From a virus (Duplodnaviria; Caudoviricetes), in the IMG/VR virus record IMGVR_UViG_3300006204_000007, positions 14,960 through 78,959 of that record: a stretch of 64,000 bases of DNA; one strand, 5' to 3'. The position numbers and the translations under genes are program-made. Each line of letters starts with the position of its first letter. Positions within the stretch are counted from its first letter, which is position 1. Below, one piece after another: positions 37,272 through 46,793 of the stretch. Below the pieces are notes generated by a model. It was not told where the DNA came from, searched no databases, and was given only the letters and a program-made list of their open reading frames with translations.

Positions 37272-38597
37272 TTAATATTTCCACCTCAACCGCCGCCGCA
37301 GGAATGTATAACATAAATAGCGTATCTGGTCGCATTGGTGGTCATTCTCCTTTATAACAGCATCTTCTGGACTTTCCATGTCCCAGGAATACAATCCCAT
37401 TTCACTCATTACTGATTCGCAATCTTCGTAAAAGCTGATAATTCCTTTGTTTAGCATAGTTGTAACAACTCGTATGCCGTCCAGTACGTCATTTTCCGCG
37501 CCCTTTGCAATGTATTTCCCATGCTTCTTGATTGTTTCAATAAACGAAGCTGCGGAAGGGTCAACGATTATAAAAGACACTTTCTTGTCGCCTATCAGTT
37601 TACACAATTCCTGATAATGCGTTTCATCATCACGCCTTACCCCAGTTTCGCGGCTGTCATAGTAATATTCGTACTCCATCTGCGCCCGTTTTCCATCAAA
37701 CGCCCACAATCCGGCAGCAAACGGGTTGACTGTTCCATAGTCCACAGACACGACCCATTCTTTTTCCCCGGTCATGTGTTTGTATTTGACGTGCTTGTCC
37801 TCGTCAAACATGGAGTAGACAAGCCCCTCTGCCACGCACCACAGCCCCAGGATATACCGCTTGAAGAACACTCCCACATACATTCCCCGGTATCGTGTCT
37901 TTATCCGCTCTGACAGCGATAAATTATCGTCCATAGTGAAATGCAGATATAGGATCCGCTTTTCCTCTGCCTTATCAATCCAGTTGACCTTGAACCAGTG
38001 CCGGGGGCTGTCCGGGTTACAGTTAAACCACATCTTAGAGCCATCAACAGATAATCGCCCCGTTGCCTGATTGACAAAAGATTCCGGCATAAGCGCCACT
38101 TCATCAAAGAAAAAACCGGAACCCGTAAATCCTTGAACCAAATCCTGCGAACCCTCGTGATTTCCTCCAAAGATATAAAATGTATTAGTTATATCTCCTT
38201 TGCTTATGGTTAAATAATGGCTGTCTCCTCTATGGTCTTTGATTTTATATCCTCTACTTATCAACATCAATTTTAGGGTATTTACAACATTTCTCCTAAA
38301 AGAAGCAATCGTCTTTCCAGCCATTCCAAAATCGCTATTATTAAAGTTTTCCATCGCCCACAGCACATAGGACAGCGACATTGAGAGAGTCTTTCCGCTC
38401 CTGATTGCCCCATCTGCTATGATTCCGTCCATATCCTTTACCGGGCTTTCAGGACACCACCAGGTAAGGACTTTCTTTTGTTTGTCAGAGAATGGCTTGA
38501 ACTGGAATCCCTGCTTCTGCACCTTTGCTTTCATAGCGGAGGCACGTTTTGCTATGCCTTTGCGGATATTTTCTATTCGGGTGTCAATATCGCCCAT
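37272..38597 (-). CDS. terL: Terminase large subunit (PBSX family)
   Basis: GAIRSGKT Walker A, FFDEVAL Walker B, CNPDSP, VDYGTVNP, NDHQCDQIRY. Confidence 0.95.
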   Translation of the reverse strand: MGDIDTRIENIRKGIAKRASAMKAKVQKQGFQFKPFSDKQKKVLTWWCPESPVKDMDGIIADGAIRSGKTLSMSLSYVLWAMENFNNSDFGMAGKTIASFRRNVVNTLKLMLISRGYKIKDHRGDSHYLTISKGDITNTFYIFGGNHEGSQDLVQGFTGSGFFFDEVALMPESFVNQATGRLSVDGSKMWFNCNPDSPRHWFKVNWIDKAEEKRILYLHFTMDDNLSLSERIKTRYRGMYVGVFFKRYILGLWCVAEGLVYSMFDEDKHVKYKHMTGEKEWVVSVDYGTVNPFAAGLWAFDGKRAQMEYEYYYDSRETGVRRDDETHYQELCKLIGDKKVSFIIVDPSAASFIETIKKHGKYIAKGAENDVLDGIRVVTTMLNKGIISFYEDCESVMSEMGLYSWDMESPEDAVIKENDHQCDQIRYLCYTFLRRRLRWKY

Positions 38598-38860
38598 TAT
38601 TTACTCCAATCCAATTTCTGACCGCACCGATTACAGTAATTATTTAATCCTCTATAATCGTGATGCACTAGGCAATCATGAAACATTTCTTTTGGTTCGT
38701 CACTCTCACTGCCGGAAATGTCATCGTCATCAAATTCTATGATACGCAACCCACAAGATGGACAAATACAAGCATAAATATTAACGTTTCCGTGATAGCT
38801 ATATCCCACATCCTCATATCTTATCTTTTGTGGAATCTGCTTTTTCTCCCATTTATTCAT
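38597..38860 (-). CDS. Zinc-ribbon hypothetical protein
   Basis: CPSCG...YCNRCGQKLDWS. Confidence 0.7.
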   Translation of the reverse strand: MNKWEKKQIPQKIRYEDVGYSYHGNVNIYACICPSCGLRIIEFDDDDISGSESDEPKEMFHDCLVHHDYRGLNNYCNRCGQKLDWSK

Positions 38861-39356
38861 CCTCTACCTCGCTTTCTTCCCACACTTCCGCCGCCGTTCC
38901 ATTCAGAGCGTCCAGGAAGTTGTCCTCTGCTTCTTCCTCCGTATGGCTGTCCTTGACCTGGCTTTCCAGTTTCAGGAGTTCGATTTCAAGTTTCTGCTTA
39001 TCCAACTGGTGCTTCATCGGGTTGTTGATGAACTTGTCTATCACAATCCCCATTGCAGTAGCAATCTCTGACAGCTTCGCAGCCTGTATTTTCTCTGGCT
39101 TTTTCAGAGCTTCTATGTAAGCGTCTAAAACATCTTTCGCCTTATCTTTTCTGGATTCCATATAGTCCAGAATGTCAGCGGTATTCTGCTCTCTTTTTTC
39201 TGCGCACTTCTGCGCAATCTGCGCATTTTCATTGCAAATCTTTTTTACAGTGTTATCCGACACCCCAAATTTCTTTGCTGTTGCTCTATAGCTGCCAGAC
39301 TCCACATAATCAGCAATTATTTCTTTTTTCTGTTTATCTGTCAGCCTGGCAGCCAC
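38853..39356 (-). CDS. terS: Terminase small subunit (N-terminal HTH)
   Basis: HTH (YRATAKKFGVSDNTVKK), coiled coil, DNFLDAL C-terminus, upstream of terL. Confidence 0.75.
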   Translation of the reverse strand: MAARLTDKQKKEIIADYVESGSYRATAKKFGVSDNTVKKICNENAQIAQKCAEKREQNTADILDYMESRKDKAKDVLDAYIEALKKPEKIQAAKLSEIATAMGIVIDKFINNPMKHQLDKQKLEIELLKLESQVKDSHTEEEAEDNFLDALNGTAAEVWEESEVEDE

Positions 39357-39392
39357 TTTCTATCACCTCAATCTGCAAATTCTTTCTGCCTG

Positions 39393-39644
39393 TCATTCCG
39401 TAATCAAATCAAGGAAAACAATATCATCTGCGACAGGCATAACGATTCTTCCGTCTGGTAACTCTACAATCGCAACAGAATAATTTCCAGGTCCGCTATC
39501 ACAAAATTCCTCATAGTTCATTCCCCATTCATGGAAATAACCCAATTCAAAATCCATGCTATGCCATTTCCCATTTTCATATATGTTACATTTCCCTTTA
39601 CATCTTCTCAATTTATTCATTTCCCTATCCTTTTCCTTTCTCAT
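39393..39644 (-). CDS. Conserved small phage protein
   Basis: GYFHEWG...AIVELPDGRI motif. Confidence 0.65.
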   Translation of the reverse strand: MRKEKDREMNKLRRCKGKCNIYENGKWHSMDFELGYFHEWGMNYEEFCDSGPGNYSVAIVELPDGRIVMPVADDIVFLDLITE

Positions 39645-39850
39645 TATCCAAATGGTTCTATTACCTCAAAACATTCCTCATAGGTTAATCCGGTCACTTT
39701 CAGGATTTTATCAATATTCTTTTTCCGAATATCTGTATTGCCATTCAGGAACCGGCTCATGGTAGAGGGAGCAATTCCGCACTTATCCGCAAATTCTCTG
39801 ATACTCATCCCCTCAATACCTATATATTTTTCGATTCGCCAATACTTCAT
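39644..39850 (-). CDS. XRE-family HTH protein
   Basis: MSIREFADKCGIAPSTMSRFLNG. Confidence 0.8.
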   Translation of the reverse strand: MKYWRIEKYIGIEGMSIREFADKCGIAPSTMSRFLNGNTDIRKKNIDKILKVTGLTYEECFEVIEPFG

Positions 39851-40077
39851 ATCCTTACCTTTGCTTTCTGCTTTGGAGTCAGCTTATCCATTCAACCACC
39901 GCCTATATGCTCACCGATTTTATTCTTCAATATCCCACCACGAAGCGTCTAACTTTCCCTCATACCAATCATGGAAAATTTCAGATATTTCCTCATCCGT
40001 TGTATCATCATCAAATTCCATTACTTCTTCATGTGCGCTACATGCAAATCCCGTTCCAAGATAAAATTTAACCTTTC

Positions 40078-40629
40078 TCATTCTCCCTTACCCCTCTCCA
40101 ATTCTTTCAATGCGGCTTCGGCTTCTTCTCTGGTGAGGAAATCGGTCTTGCCGATTTCTCTTACTGCAAAAGTTCCCGTAATACTTCCGTTTGAATTTGT
40201 ATAGTAAACAACAACTTGGTCTAAAATCCTTTCTTCTTCCCAGTCATCATCATTCATACTTCCGAAAGAAAATCCCGCAACCTCATAACTGTATGGTCTG
40301 CCAAAATCAATATCCCAAATTATATCCCCCGCCGCACAAGGAAGTTTCAACAGTTTCCCTTGTTTCTCTGCCTCTTTCCATTCCACGAACTTTTCTGCAT
40401 CTTCTTTTTCAATGAACAACGCCAAATGATTAAGAGATTCCTTTATCTGACCTTTTTCATTCCAAATTCCCGCCCAGCTCATAGGTCTTACTGCATATCT
40501 GCCTCTATCTGTTTCGCAAATTATTGGTTTATCCATATTTCCCTTTCCCTCCACAATCCCCCTAAATCCCCTAATTCTATTGTACAGGAGATTCATAGGG
40601 GAGTTGTACCAAGTTAATCTGCTATCCAT
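40078..40629 (-). CDS. Hypothetical protein (real start probably near 40537)
   Basis: EKQGKLLKLPC..GD...FLTREEAEAAL motif; a promoter lies in the 5' part of the called ORF. Confidence 0.7.
   Translation of the reverse strand: MDSRLTWYNSPMNLLYNRIRGFRGIVEGKGNMDKPIICETDRGRYAVRPMSWAGIWNEKGQIKESLNHLALFIEKEDAEKFVEWKEAEKQGKLLKLPCAAGDIIWDIDFGRPYSYEVAGFSFGSMNDDDWEEERILDQVVVYYTNSNGSITGTFAVREIGKTDFLTREEAEAALKELERGKGE
40579..40611 (-). promoter_or_regulatory. TGGTACAA-N19-TACAAT promoter at the head of the late region
   Basis: Box 40604..40611, -10 at 40579..40584. Confidence 0.8.
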
Positions 40630-41194
40630 TCGTGCTTACATATTCTGCATCCGCATACAATCCATGATTTGACCAATACAATCTTCTCATAGGCTTTTCT
40701 TCATTCAAGATGTTTACTGCGCAATATGTATCATCTAAAATTTCTTTTTTGTGCTTCTCATACTCTTTCATCAACTTCTTTTCGCTGTCAAATGGCACAC
40801 AGAATTGATATGTCATATCTTCTTTCCAGAAAAGCATATTTTCAAATATTCCTATCTGCGCCCACAAAACAACATCGTCACATTCCCTTGGCTCATATTC
40901 AACAGTAATCCGTTCTGATAGGTTGAAGGGTACTATGGTCTTATACTTCTTTCGTTCTTCATCCGCTATCCGAATTAACTCGTTTATATCCTGTAATCCC
41001 TCGTCATAAGAATAGCACCCTCCGCTGTCAGTTCTGTAAAACGGATAATATGGCAATCCCTCAACTTTGGTTATGGTTGCAATCCTAGCTTCTCCCAAAA
41101 CAATTCTGCCGATTTTATCCCCAACAGAAAGTGTTTGTTTTATTTCTTTTTCAGATTGCAAATATGAAAATATATCCAACTGCTCATACTCCAT
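40622..41194 (-). CDS. Hypothetical protein
   Basis: EQLDIFSYL start typical of these phage proteins. Confidence 0.7.
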   Translation of the reverse strand: MEYEQLDIFSYLQSEKEIKQTLSVGDKIGRIVLGEARIATITKVEGLPYYPFYRTDSGGCYSYDEGLQDINELIRIADEERKKYKTIVPFNLSERITVEYEPRECDDVVLWAQIGIFENMLFWKEDMTYQFCVPFDSEKKLMKEYEKHKKEILDDTYCAVNILNEEKPMRRLYWSNHGLYADAEYVSTNG

Positions 41195-41246
41195 CTATTT
41201 CCCTATCCTCCTTAACTCCTTATCAAACAAACTGTAAAAATATCTC

Positions 41247-41501
41247 CTAATCCTCTTCCACCACTTTCAAAAGGCTCTTCCTTGCTGCATAATAATGTGT
41301 AATCTGCCCATATTTCCCAGCTTTTACCGCCACAAGCATTCTGTCAATGGTGCTTTTATCCTTATCAATCTTTGAATGGCTTCTCTTTGCGCTGGCCGGA
41401 ATATGTTTTCTTACGCTCGTTCCAGCCGGAATATCCGCAATGATAACACCACGTTTTTCCGTCCATGAACTTATCCAAACAACCTTATCTCCTATTTTCA
41501 T
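41247..41501 (-). CDS. Small hypothetical protein
   Basis: Coupled to the upstream stop. Confidence 0.65.
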   Translation of the reverse strand: MKIGDKVVWISSWTEKRGVIIADIPAGTSVRKHIPASAKRSHSKIDKDKSTIDRMLVAVKAGKYGQITHYYAARKSLLKVVEED

Positions 41502-42667
41502 TTCCCTATCTCCTTCATTTTCTCGTTAAAAATACTAAAGAAATATCTCCTAATCCCATAAAAATCTGTCCGGCAGTATGGAATCCGCTCCATTTCTTTC
41601 AGCTCCCATTTCACCCTTAAGGCGTCATAGGACTTGTTTTGAGTGACAGACAGTAAAATGTACTCTGCAATCGTTTCATTGGCTCTATGAGCCGCCTGTG
41701 AAGCTAGAGAGGCATATCTGCCGGACTGTATGTACTCTGTAAGTTGCCTGTACCGCTCTTTGCTGATTCCATAATACTGCCAAGAATGCCGGGGAACTGA
41801 ATGGTACTGCGGTTGTGGCAGTTCGTCTGCTTTCCCCCATTGTTCAGCCATAGCTTTTGCAATACTAGGGAATGTCTTGCTTCGTATTTTTGCTGTTTCT
41901 GGGTCGTTGTATCTCATGATTTTTCCGAAATCATCTTTTGTCATAAACCCAAGTAGTTTCCCGTCCGGACTTACCTGTTGATTCTCTTTCCTTTTTCTTT
42001 CGTCCCAGATAATATCCGTAGGGTGTAACTTTTGAAGTCCTTTAAGCCAAAGGCAAGTACCTTTTGACGCATTGTGTCCAAACATCCAGGGTTGAATGAT
42101 TTGGTCTGGCTTTCTATATTCTGTTGACATTATCCCCACTGGGTTCTCAATTGCTATCCTTTCACAATCGGCATTTACGAACTGCATAAAGAATTGTTTG
42201 CCTTTTTCTCTGTTCTCTGCCCTTTCAATCGCTTTATCTCCGTATTTCTCAACATCAAACCAGCGATTTCCAGCTACCGTCAGATATGTACAAGGCGGAA
42301 AAGCTATAATCATATCCCATTTCCCATAAATCCTATGTTCTATGCCGTCCACTGTCCGAAAACTACAATCGCCATTCAGCAAGGGGAGTACATCGGCTTG
42401 TATATGCCATTCTGGGTGTCCTCCGCTGCAAGGTTCTATGTCGCAGGAATAGGATTCATGTCCTAATCGCCGGAACTCCATGCAGACACGCTGGCTCTCT
42501 TCACACGCTACTAAAACTTTCATATGCTGTTTTATTTCCTGTTCAAAGATACTAAGCTGCCTAAATCCACTGTACCTCTCACATGATTCTTTCTTCCCTG
42601 TACATCCCTCACATTTGCATACATTCAAGCATGTCCGGCATAGGCAGGTGTGGCATTTTCTGCGCAT
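41498..42667 (-). CDS. Fusion: Cys-rich N-terminus, C5-cytosine methyltransferase-like domain, putative late transcriptional activator domain
   Basis: MKVLVACEES (from nt 42523), FPPC, IENP, RSKTF..IAKAMAEQWG; C-terminal YGISKERY...IPYCRTDFYGIRRYF. Confidence 0.75.
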   Translation of the reverse strand: MRRKCHTCLCRTCLNVCKCEGCTGKKESCERYSGFRQLSIFEQEIKQHMKVLVACEESQRVCMEFRRLGHESYSCDIEPCSGGHPEWHIQADVLPLLNGDCSFRTVDGIEHRIYGKWDMIIAFPPCTYLTVAGNRWFDVEKYGDKAIERAENREKGKQFFMQFVNADCERIAIENPVGIMSTEYRKPDQIIQPWMFGHNASKGTCLWLKGLQKLHPTDIIWDERKRKENQQVSPDGKLLGFMTKDDFGKIMRYNDPETAKIRSKTFPSIAKAMAEQWGKADELPQPQYHSVPRHSWQYYGISKERYRQLTEYIQSGRYASLASQAAHRANETIAEYILLSVTQNKSYDALRVKWELKEMERIPYCRTDFYGIRRYFFSIFNEKMKEIGK

Positions 42668-42671
42668 GGTA

Positions 42672-42917
42672 TCACCGCCTAACTCTTCTTCTCAATTCCG
42701 CTTCCAGCACCTTTAACTTGGTCTTTACTCCGCTCTTTCCATCAAGATTAGAAATTGTCGCTTGAATTTCTTCGTTTGTTGCCCTTTTTAATGCACTTTT
42801 AAAATTACAATCACCAGATGGCGTTGTCATAAGCCAGCTAATATTATTGCTCATCATTTCCCCTATCTCCTTTCCTTTTCCTGCACCACTGCGGGCAGTT
42901 TGATACTTTCTGTTCAA
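42672..42917 (-). CDS. Small hypothetical protein
   Basis: Operon-consistent ORF. Confidence 0.5.
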   Translation of the reverse strand: MNRKYQTARSGAGKGKEIGEMMSNNISWLMTTPSGDCNFKSALKRATNEEIQATISNLDGKSGVKTKLKVLEAELRRRVRR

Positions 42918-43188
42918 TCAGGCGCATTTTGTCAACACACAATCTTCTATATCCGTCCTGCTTCTCCTTTTCCACTAATATACAGTTTTCGCATTCATCA
43001 CAGTGCGGTAGGTTTGCTTTTACTCTCACTCTGTAATCTCTCTGTTTCTGCTGATACATTTCTGGATTTATTGCCCATCGCCTACGCTTAAGCATGGCGG
43101 CAATATCTTTGTTTTCCTTGTTGCAATCTTCTCTTGTACAAGATACACAATTCGGATATTGGCAATCATCAGAAATCAATTTGATCAC
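42844..43188 (-). CDS. Cys-rich hypothetical protein
   Basis: Two Cys clusters; coupled to the replication gene. Confidence 0.65.
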   Translation of the reverse strand: MIKLISDDCQYPNCVSCTREDCNKENKDIAAMLKRRRWAINPEMYQQKQRDYRVRVKANLPHCDECENCILVEKEKQDGYRRLCVDKMRLIEQKVSNCPQWCRKRKGDRGNDEQ

Positions 43189-44084
43189 CTCCCAGAATTG
43201 TTTGAAAGTAACTGTTTTTCCAATTCCGTAAAGTCATACTCTCTTTGCGGAAAATCGCTAAAGCTGTTCTTTGGCCTTTTGGACACAGGATTTGTGTTAG
43301 TATAATTCTCATCCAGATAATCTACATAACCGCCATTAAAGAATGTGCCGCCGTTTTGGTACTGCAAATAATCAACGCTATCAACATATTTCTTATAGCG
43401 CTCTATTGCCCTTGACATTTCATCGTAGCCAATCTTGAGCAGCTGCATCTTCTTTGCATCAGATACCTGTCCTTTTCCTTTCTTAACTGGGTATAATTTC
43501 CATAGTTTTTCAAAAAGTGCCAAAGCGTCAGCTTTGCACATATTATTTTTATTATTTCCTTTACTTTCCTTTACTTTACTTTCCTTTATGTCATTTCCGC
43601 AGGATTTACTCTCATTTCCGCAGGATTTACTCTCATTTCCGCAGGATTTACTTGAATTTACGGTAACTTTAATATGGGAAGCAGTTTCTTTTGTGTTTAA
43701 AAGCCAGATTTCAGAATCAACATTCACATCCCGTTTCCGGCTTTTCACAGCTTCCTGGTACCGTTTCTGTATTCCCGGTGAAGTAATGGTAGCGCCCTCT
43801 GTATTCAGTGTTCTCTTTATGAGTAGTGACCTGGTACACAAGTATGCCAAAACTTGCTCTATAAACCCTTCCTTGAGACGAAGGTCTGTTGCGGCATCTT
43901 CTGCCGATTCCTCATCCCAACTTATGTAATATCCGTTACGGTAGATTTCTGTCAGCAGATAGATGTAAAATATTATTCCGTCATTTCCAAATTTAGCATG
44001 AAACCTCTTAATCCGCTTATCTGCGTAAAAAAAATCCGTGTCAAAAGGAAAGTAGAGTAATCCGTTTTGTTTCGGACGTGCCAT
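43185..44084 (-). CDS. Replication initiator/replisome organiser (DUF4373-like)
   Basis: MARPKQNGLLYFPFDTDFF...TSPGIQKRY; C-terminal FEKLWKLYP.KKGK; internal iterons. Confidence 0.88.
   Translation of the reverse strand: MARPKQNGLLYFPFDTDFFYADKRIKRFHAKFGNDGIIFYIYLLTEIYRNGYYISWDEESAEDAATDLRLKEGFIEQVLAYLCTRSLLIKRTLNTEGATITSPGIQKRYQEAVKSRKRDVNVDSEIWLLNTKETASHIKVTVNSSKSCGNESKSCGNESKSCGNDIKESKVKESKGNNKNNMCKADALALFEKLWKLYPVKKGKGQVSDAKKMQLLKIGYDEMSRAIERYKKYVDSVDYLQYQNGGTFFNGGYVDYLDENYTNTNPVSKRPKNSFSDFPQREYDFTELEKQLLSNNSGR
43591..43653. repeat. Three tandem 21-bp repeats in the initiator gene (probable phage origin iterons)
   Basis: TCATTTCCGCAGGATTTACT(C/T) x3 beside TTACTTTCCT repeats. Confidence 0.85.
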
Positions 44085-44525
44085 CTACTTTATCTCCTTA
44101 ATCAAAACCTCAATCCGTGGATTTTCCCTGTCCACTTCAAACCTGTCGGAAAATCCGACAACATGCTTCCAGCCATCATCTTTTAATACCCCGGTACTCA
44201 CAAGTGCATCCTGGATCACTTTCCTACCAAATGACGAAATATTATCCTTATCGCGCCGCTTACTCGGTTCCACCCAAAGATATTCCATGAATACCGGTTT
44301 CTCAATCCTCACGCCCCTAAAACACTGCCTGATTGCCGCCGCAACGATTTTTCCGCTGTCCGCTTTCATTTTAGCCCCTTTGTGGCGGTTCGTGCGTTCT
44401 GCAGCTATGTAGTCATTCAGGTTTGGCAGTGTGCCGGGTATTGTCAGCTTGTACTCCACATAAGTCCTCCTTTCCGGCGGCAGAGACCAACCCGCCGCCG
44501 ATTCCGTGATATATCGCATGAACAA
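44085..44525 (-). CDS. rusA: RusA-like Holliday junction resolvase
   Basis: PNLNDY...RRDKDNI...IQDALV..GVLKDDGW...PRIEV. Confidence 0.8.
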   Translation of the reverse strand: MFMRYITESAAGWSLPPERRTYVEYKLTIPGTLPNLNDYIAAERTNRHKGAKMKADSGKIVAAAIRQCFRGVRIEKPVFMEYLWVEPSKRRDKDNISSFGRKVIQDALVSTGVLKDDGWKHVVGFSDRFEVDRENPRIEVLIKEIK

Positions 44526-44545
44526 ATACTACGGTTGATAGTTAC

Positions 44546-45460
44546 CTACAATCTCTGTATATGCAACCTGTATTCTGTCCGTTCTGGCACCGTATAGGAT
44601 TTCTTCTGTATGCACTTTCTCTGCACCAGATAATCTCCAGTAATAACCTTCTCGCGCTCTCCGACCTTGCTTTTTATAGCCTTGTCAACCTCACTGTGTT
44701 CTTCAACATACTTTTTCAAATCGTATTTTCGCGAAATCAAGTCGTTCAGTTCACCATCCAATTCCACATCCGGCTCAACACCCTTGTGTATGCCGCAGAT
44801 ATGTGCTAACTTACAGCCTTCACACATCGCCATGTCTTCCACTGCATCCGGCTCTTTCTTATCCTCTATAGCCTTGTAAATCCGTTCTGCCTTTTTCAAA
44901 AGTCCGTCTGCCATATCCCAGTCAAAGTCCATGCGTATCATTTTGGTTTCTCCTGTCAATTTGTTTGTAAGAGCGAAAAATCCGTACATCTTACCAAAGT
45001 GATACATATAAATCTGAAGCTGCGCTGGATACTGCCGGATGTAATACCGTTTTGAGTGCAAGAAATCCTCTACCGTGTTCAGCTTGTCAAACTCAAACGG
45101 GGATATACCCTTGACCTCGACAGGGATCAGTTCCCCGTTCTCATCCTTAATGCGCAAATCTTCCCTACCAGTAATCAGCGGGTTTTCTATCTGAAAACTC
45201 CACTGTGTCGGTGTTATGACTTCATAACCGGCCTCTTTCAGGTTGTTGATCGTATGCGTCTCCAACGTGTTCCCCAAGTCAAACACATTCTGCAAGCCCA
45301 CATCGTGCGGCTGCTGTTCCTCCCACCGCGTAATCAGCAAATACAAATGCCTTTCACATGGATGCCCTATATTTGACGCCCTCAAATTCCGGCATGGATA
45401 TACCTTTATCTTCGCCTCTTTCGCCGCCGAAAGCCTTTCATTAATTTCCTGTGCTGTCAT
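44546..45460 (-). CDS. Cas4-like PD-(D/E)XK exonuclease with four-Cys cluster
   Basis: ASNIGHPCER; GREDLRI...VEVK; QLQIY; CEGCKLAHIC. Confidence 0.75.
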   Translation of the reverse strand: MTAQEINERLSAAKEAKIKVYPCRNLRASNIGHPCERHLYLLITRWEEQQPHDVGLQNVFDLGNTLETHTINNLKEAGYEVITPTQWSFQIENPLITGREDLRIKDENGELIPVEVKGISPFEFDKLNTVEDFLHSKRYYIRQYPAQLQIYMYHFGKMYGFFALTNKLTGETKMIRMDFDWDMADGLLKKAERIYKAIEDKKEPDAVEDMAMCEGCKLAHICGIHKGVEPDVELDGELNDLISRKYDLKKYVEEHSEVDKAIKSKVGEREKVITGDYLVQRKCIQKKSYTVPERTEYRLHIQRL

Positions 45461-46202
45461 TCGTACCGCCTCCCGCAGACGCTACTTTTTGGCAATCCAT
45501 ACAGTACATGTGACCGTCATAACGGCTCTGTGAGTAAGATGCTACTTTCTGACTGATAGACGCGCCACATTTCTCACATTTTAAGCCGGAATCTGCCGCT
45601 TTGCTTGCGCCGCCTTTTCCTCCGTCCTTAAAGGTATAACCCTTAATCTTTCCCGTATCAATTCCAGCTTCCTCAAGCGTCCTAGCATCAATACCACGAA
45701 GACCGGGGATGATACGCTTGATACCGTTATTAATGCAGTTTGTGTACGCTGCCTGGCGTACGTTTCTTTCAGAGATTTCATCCACGGGCTTTCTTGCGTC
45801 CGGCTTGCCGCCAAAGAAATCATCCTTCATGCTGCGGCTTCCTTCGCACTCAATAAACTGACCGCGCATCTCGAACCGCCCTTTATATGTAAAAGTCTTG
45901 TAACCCTCTGTGTCGCACTCAATCTTAGGCTCTCCAATTTTCCAGCTTATGCCAAACAGCCGCGCTACCTTTGTTGCGCCAGACTCTTGCAAATATGGCT
46001 TGCCGCCGATCAGCGTCCAGTCATGCTCTGATGTAATCTTAAGCGCTGCTGACATGATCTTGTTCATGGCGGTAATCATCTTGTCCGCCTTTTCTGCAAG
46101 ATACATAATATTATCTGTAGATGTATCCAGAATCCCCGTGCTGCGGTCCCCTGCGTCCATAGCCTGCATAGGCTCCATAATTTCAATACTTGTGTTATCC
46201 AT
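45441..46202 (-). CDS. Probable single-strand annealing protein with C-terminal zinc finger
   Basis: KPYLQESGATKVARLFG core; CEKCG...YCMDCQK; adjacent to the exonuclease. Confidence 0.6.
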   Translation of the reverse strand: MDNTSIEIMEPMQAMDAGDRSTGILDTSTDNIMYLAEKADKMITAMNKIMSAALKITSEHDWTLIGGKPYLQESGATKVARLFGISWKIGEPKIECDTEGYKTFTYKGRFEMRGQFIECEGSRSMKDDFFGGKPDARKPVDEISERNVRQAAYTNCINNGIKRIIPGLRGIDARTLEEAGIDTGKIKGYTFKDGGKGGASKAADSGLKCEKCGASISQKVASYSQSRYDGHMYCMDCQKVASAGGGTNDSTGN

Positions 46203-46367
46203 TCCCTAATCCTCCTGCCTTTCATAAATTATAAAACTGCTCCCCTTGCCATCCACAACCTTGCCTTTTTTGATACTGACTGTATATCCGGCCTTCACCA
46301 AAAGCCGTGCAATATCAAGCTGTTCCTCCTTTGTAATAGCAGATGCTGTAAATTTTAATTTGACCCA

Positions 46368-46793
46368 TCATTCCTCCTTAACCCAATTCCCAGAATAGAA
46401 CCACTCCATAAATATTACTTTAAACTCTTGTTTTAAATCCTCATCCAGAGAAATCCTTTCCATAGCATATTCATATGCATCCTCCTCTGGGACAAAGATC
46501 CCAGTTCCCAACTCCGTATATCCTGCACCTCTTAATTTTTCGCTAACTTCTAAAGGAGTATTCTGTTCCCATTCTCCATCTACCACCATGCGGTTTTCTA
46601 ATTGATATACCATTGCACTTTCCTTTTTTTCTGCATATTCATCCATAGCAATACCAAGAAAAAAACTCCCAAATCCTAAAAAAGCCATGGATGCTTCCAT
46701 CCCGATTCCAAACTCGATTGCTCCTGCTATTCCTCCAAGGCCTATTAAAGCGCACCAAAAACCAATGCCGCCTATAATCTCATGCCATTTCAT
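46368..46793 (-). CDS. Membrane-anchored hypothetical protein
   Basis: Hydrophobic N-terminus followed by an acidic domain. Confidence 0.6.
   Translation of the reverse strand: MKWHEIIGGIGFWCALIGLGGIAGAIEFGIGMEASMAFLGFGSFFLGIAMDEYAEKKESAMVYQLENRMVVDGEWEQNTPLEVSEKLRGAGYTELGTGIFVPEEDAYEYAMERISLDEDLKQEFKVIFMEWFYSGNWVKEE

Noticed and set aside
44546-45460. CRISPR-Cas locus
   Set aside because: The Cas4-like gene sits in a recombination module; no other cas genes and no repeat-spacer array. The repeats at 22176-22452 and 43591-43653 lack unique spacers.
46203-46368. Small gene between the annealing protein and 46368..46793
   Set aside because: A plausible frame (VKLKFTASAITKEEQLDIARLLVKAGY...) exists but has no in-frame start; cannot distinguish frameshift from sequencing error.
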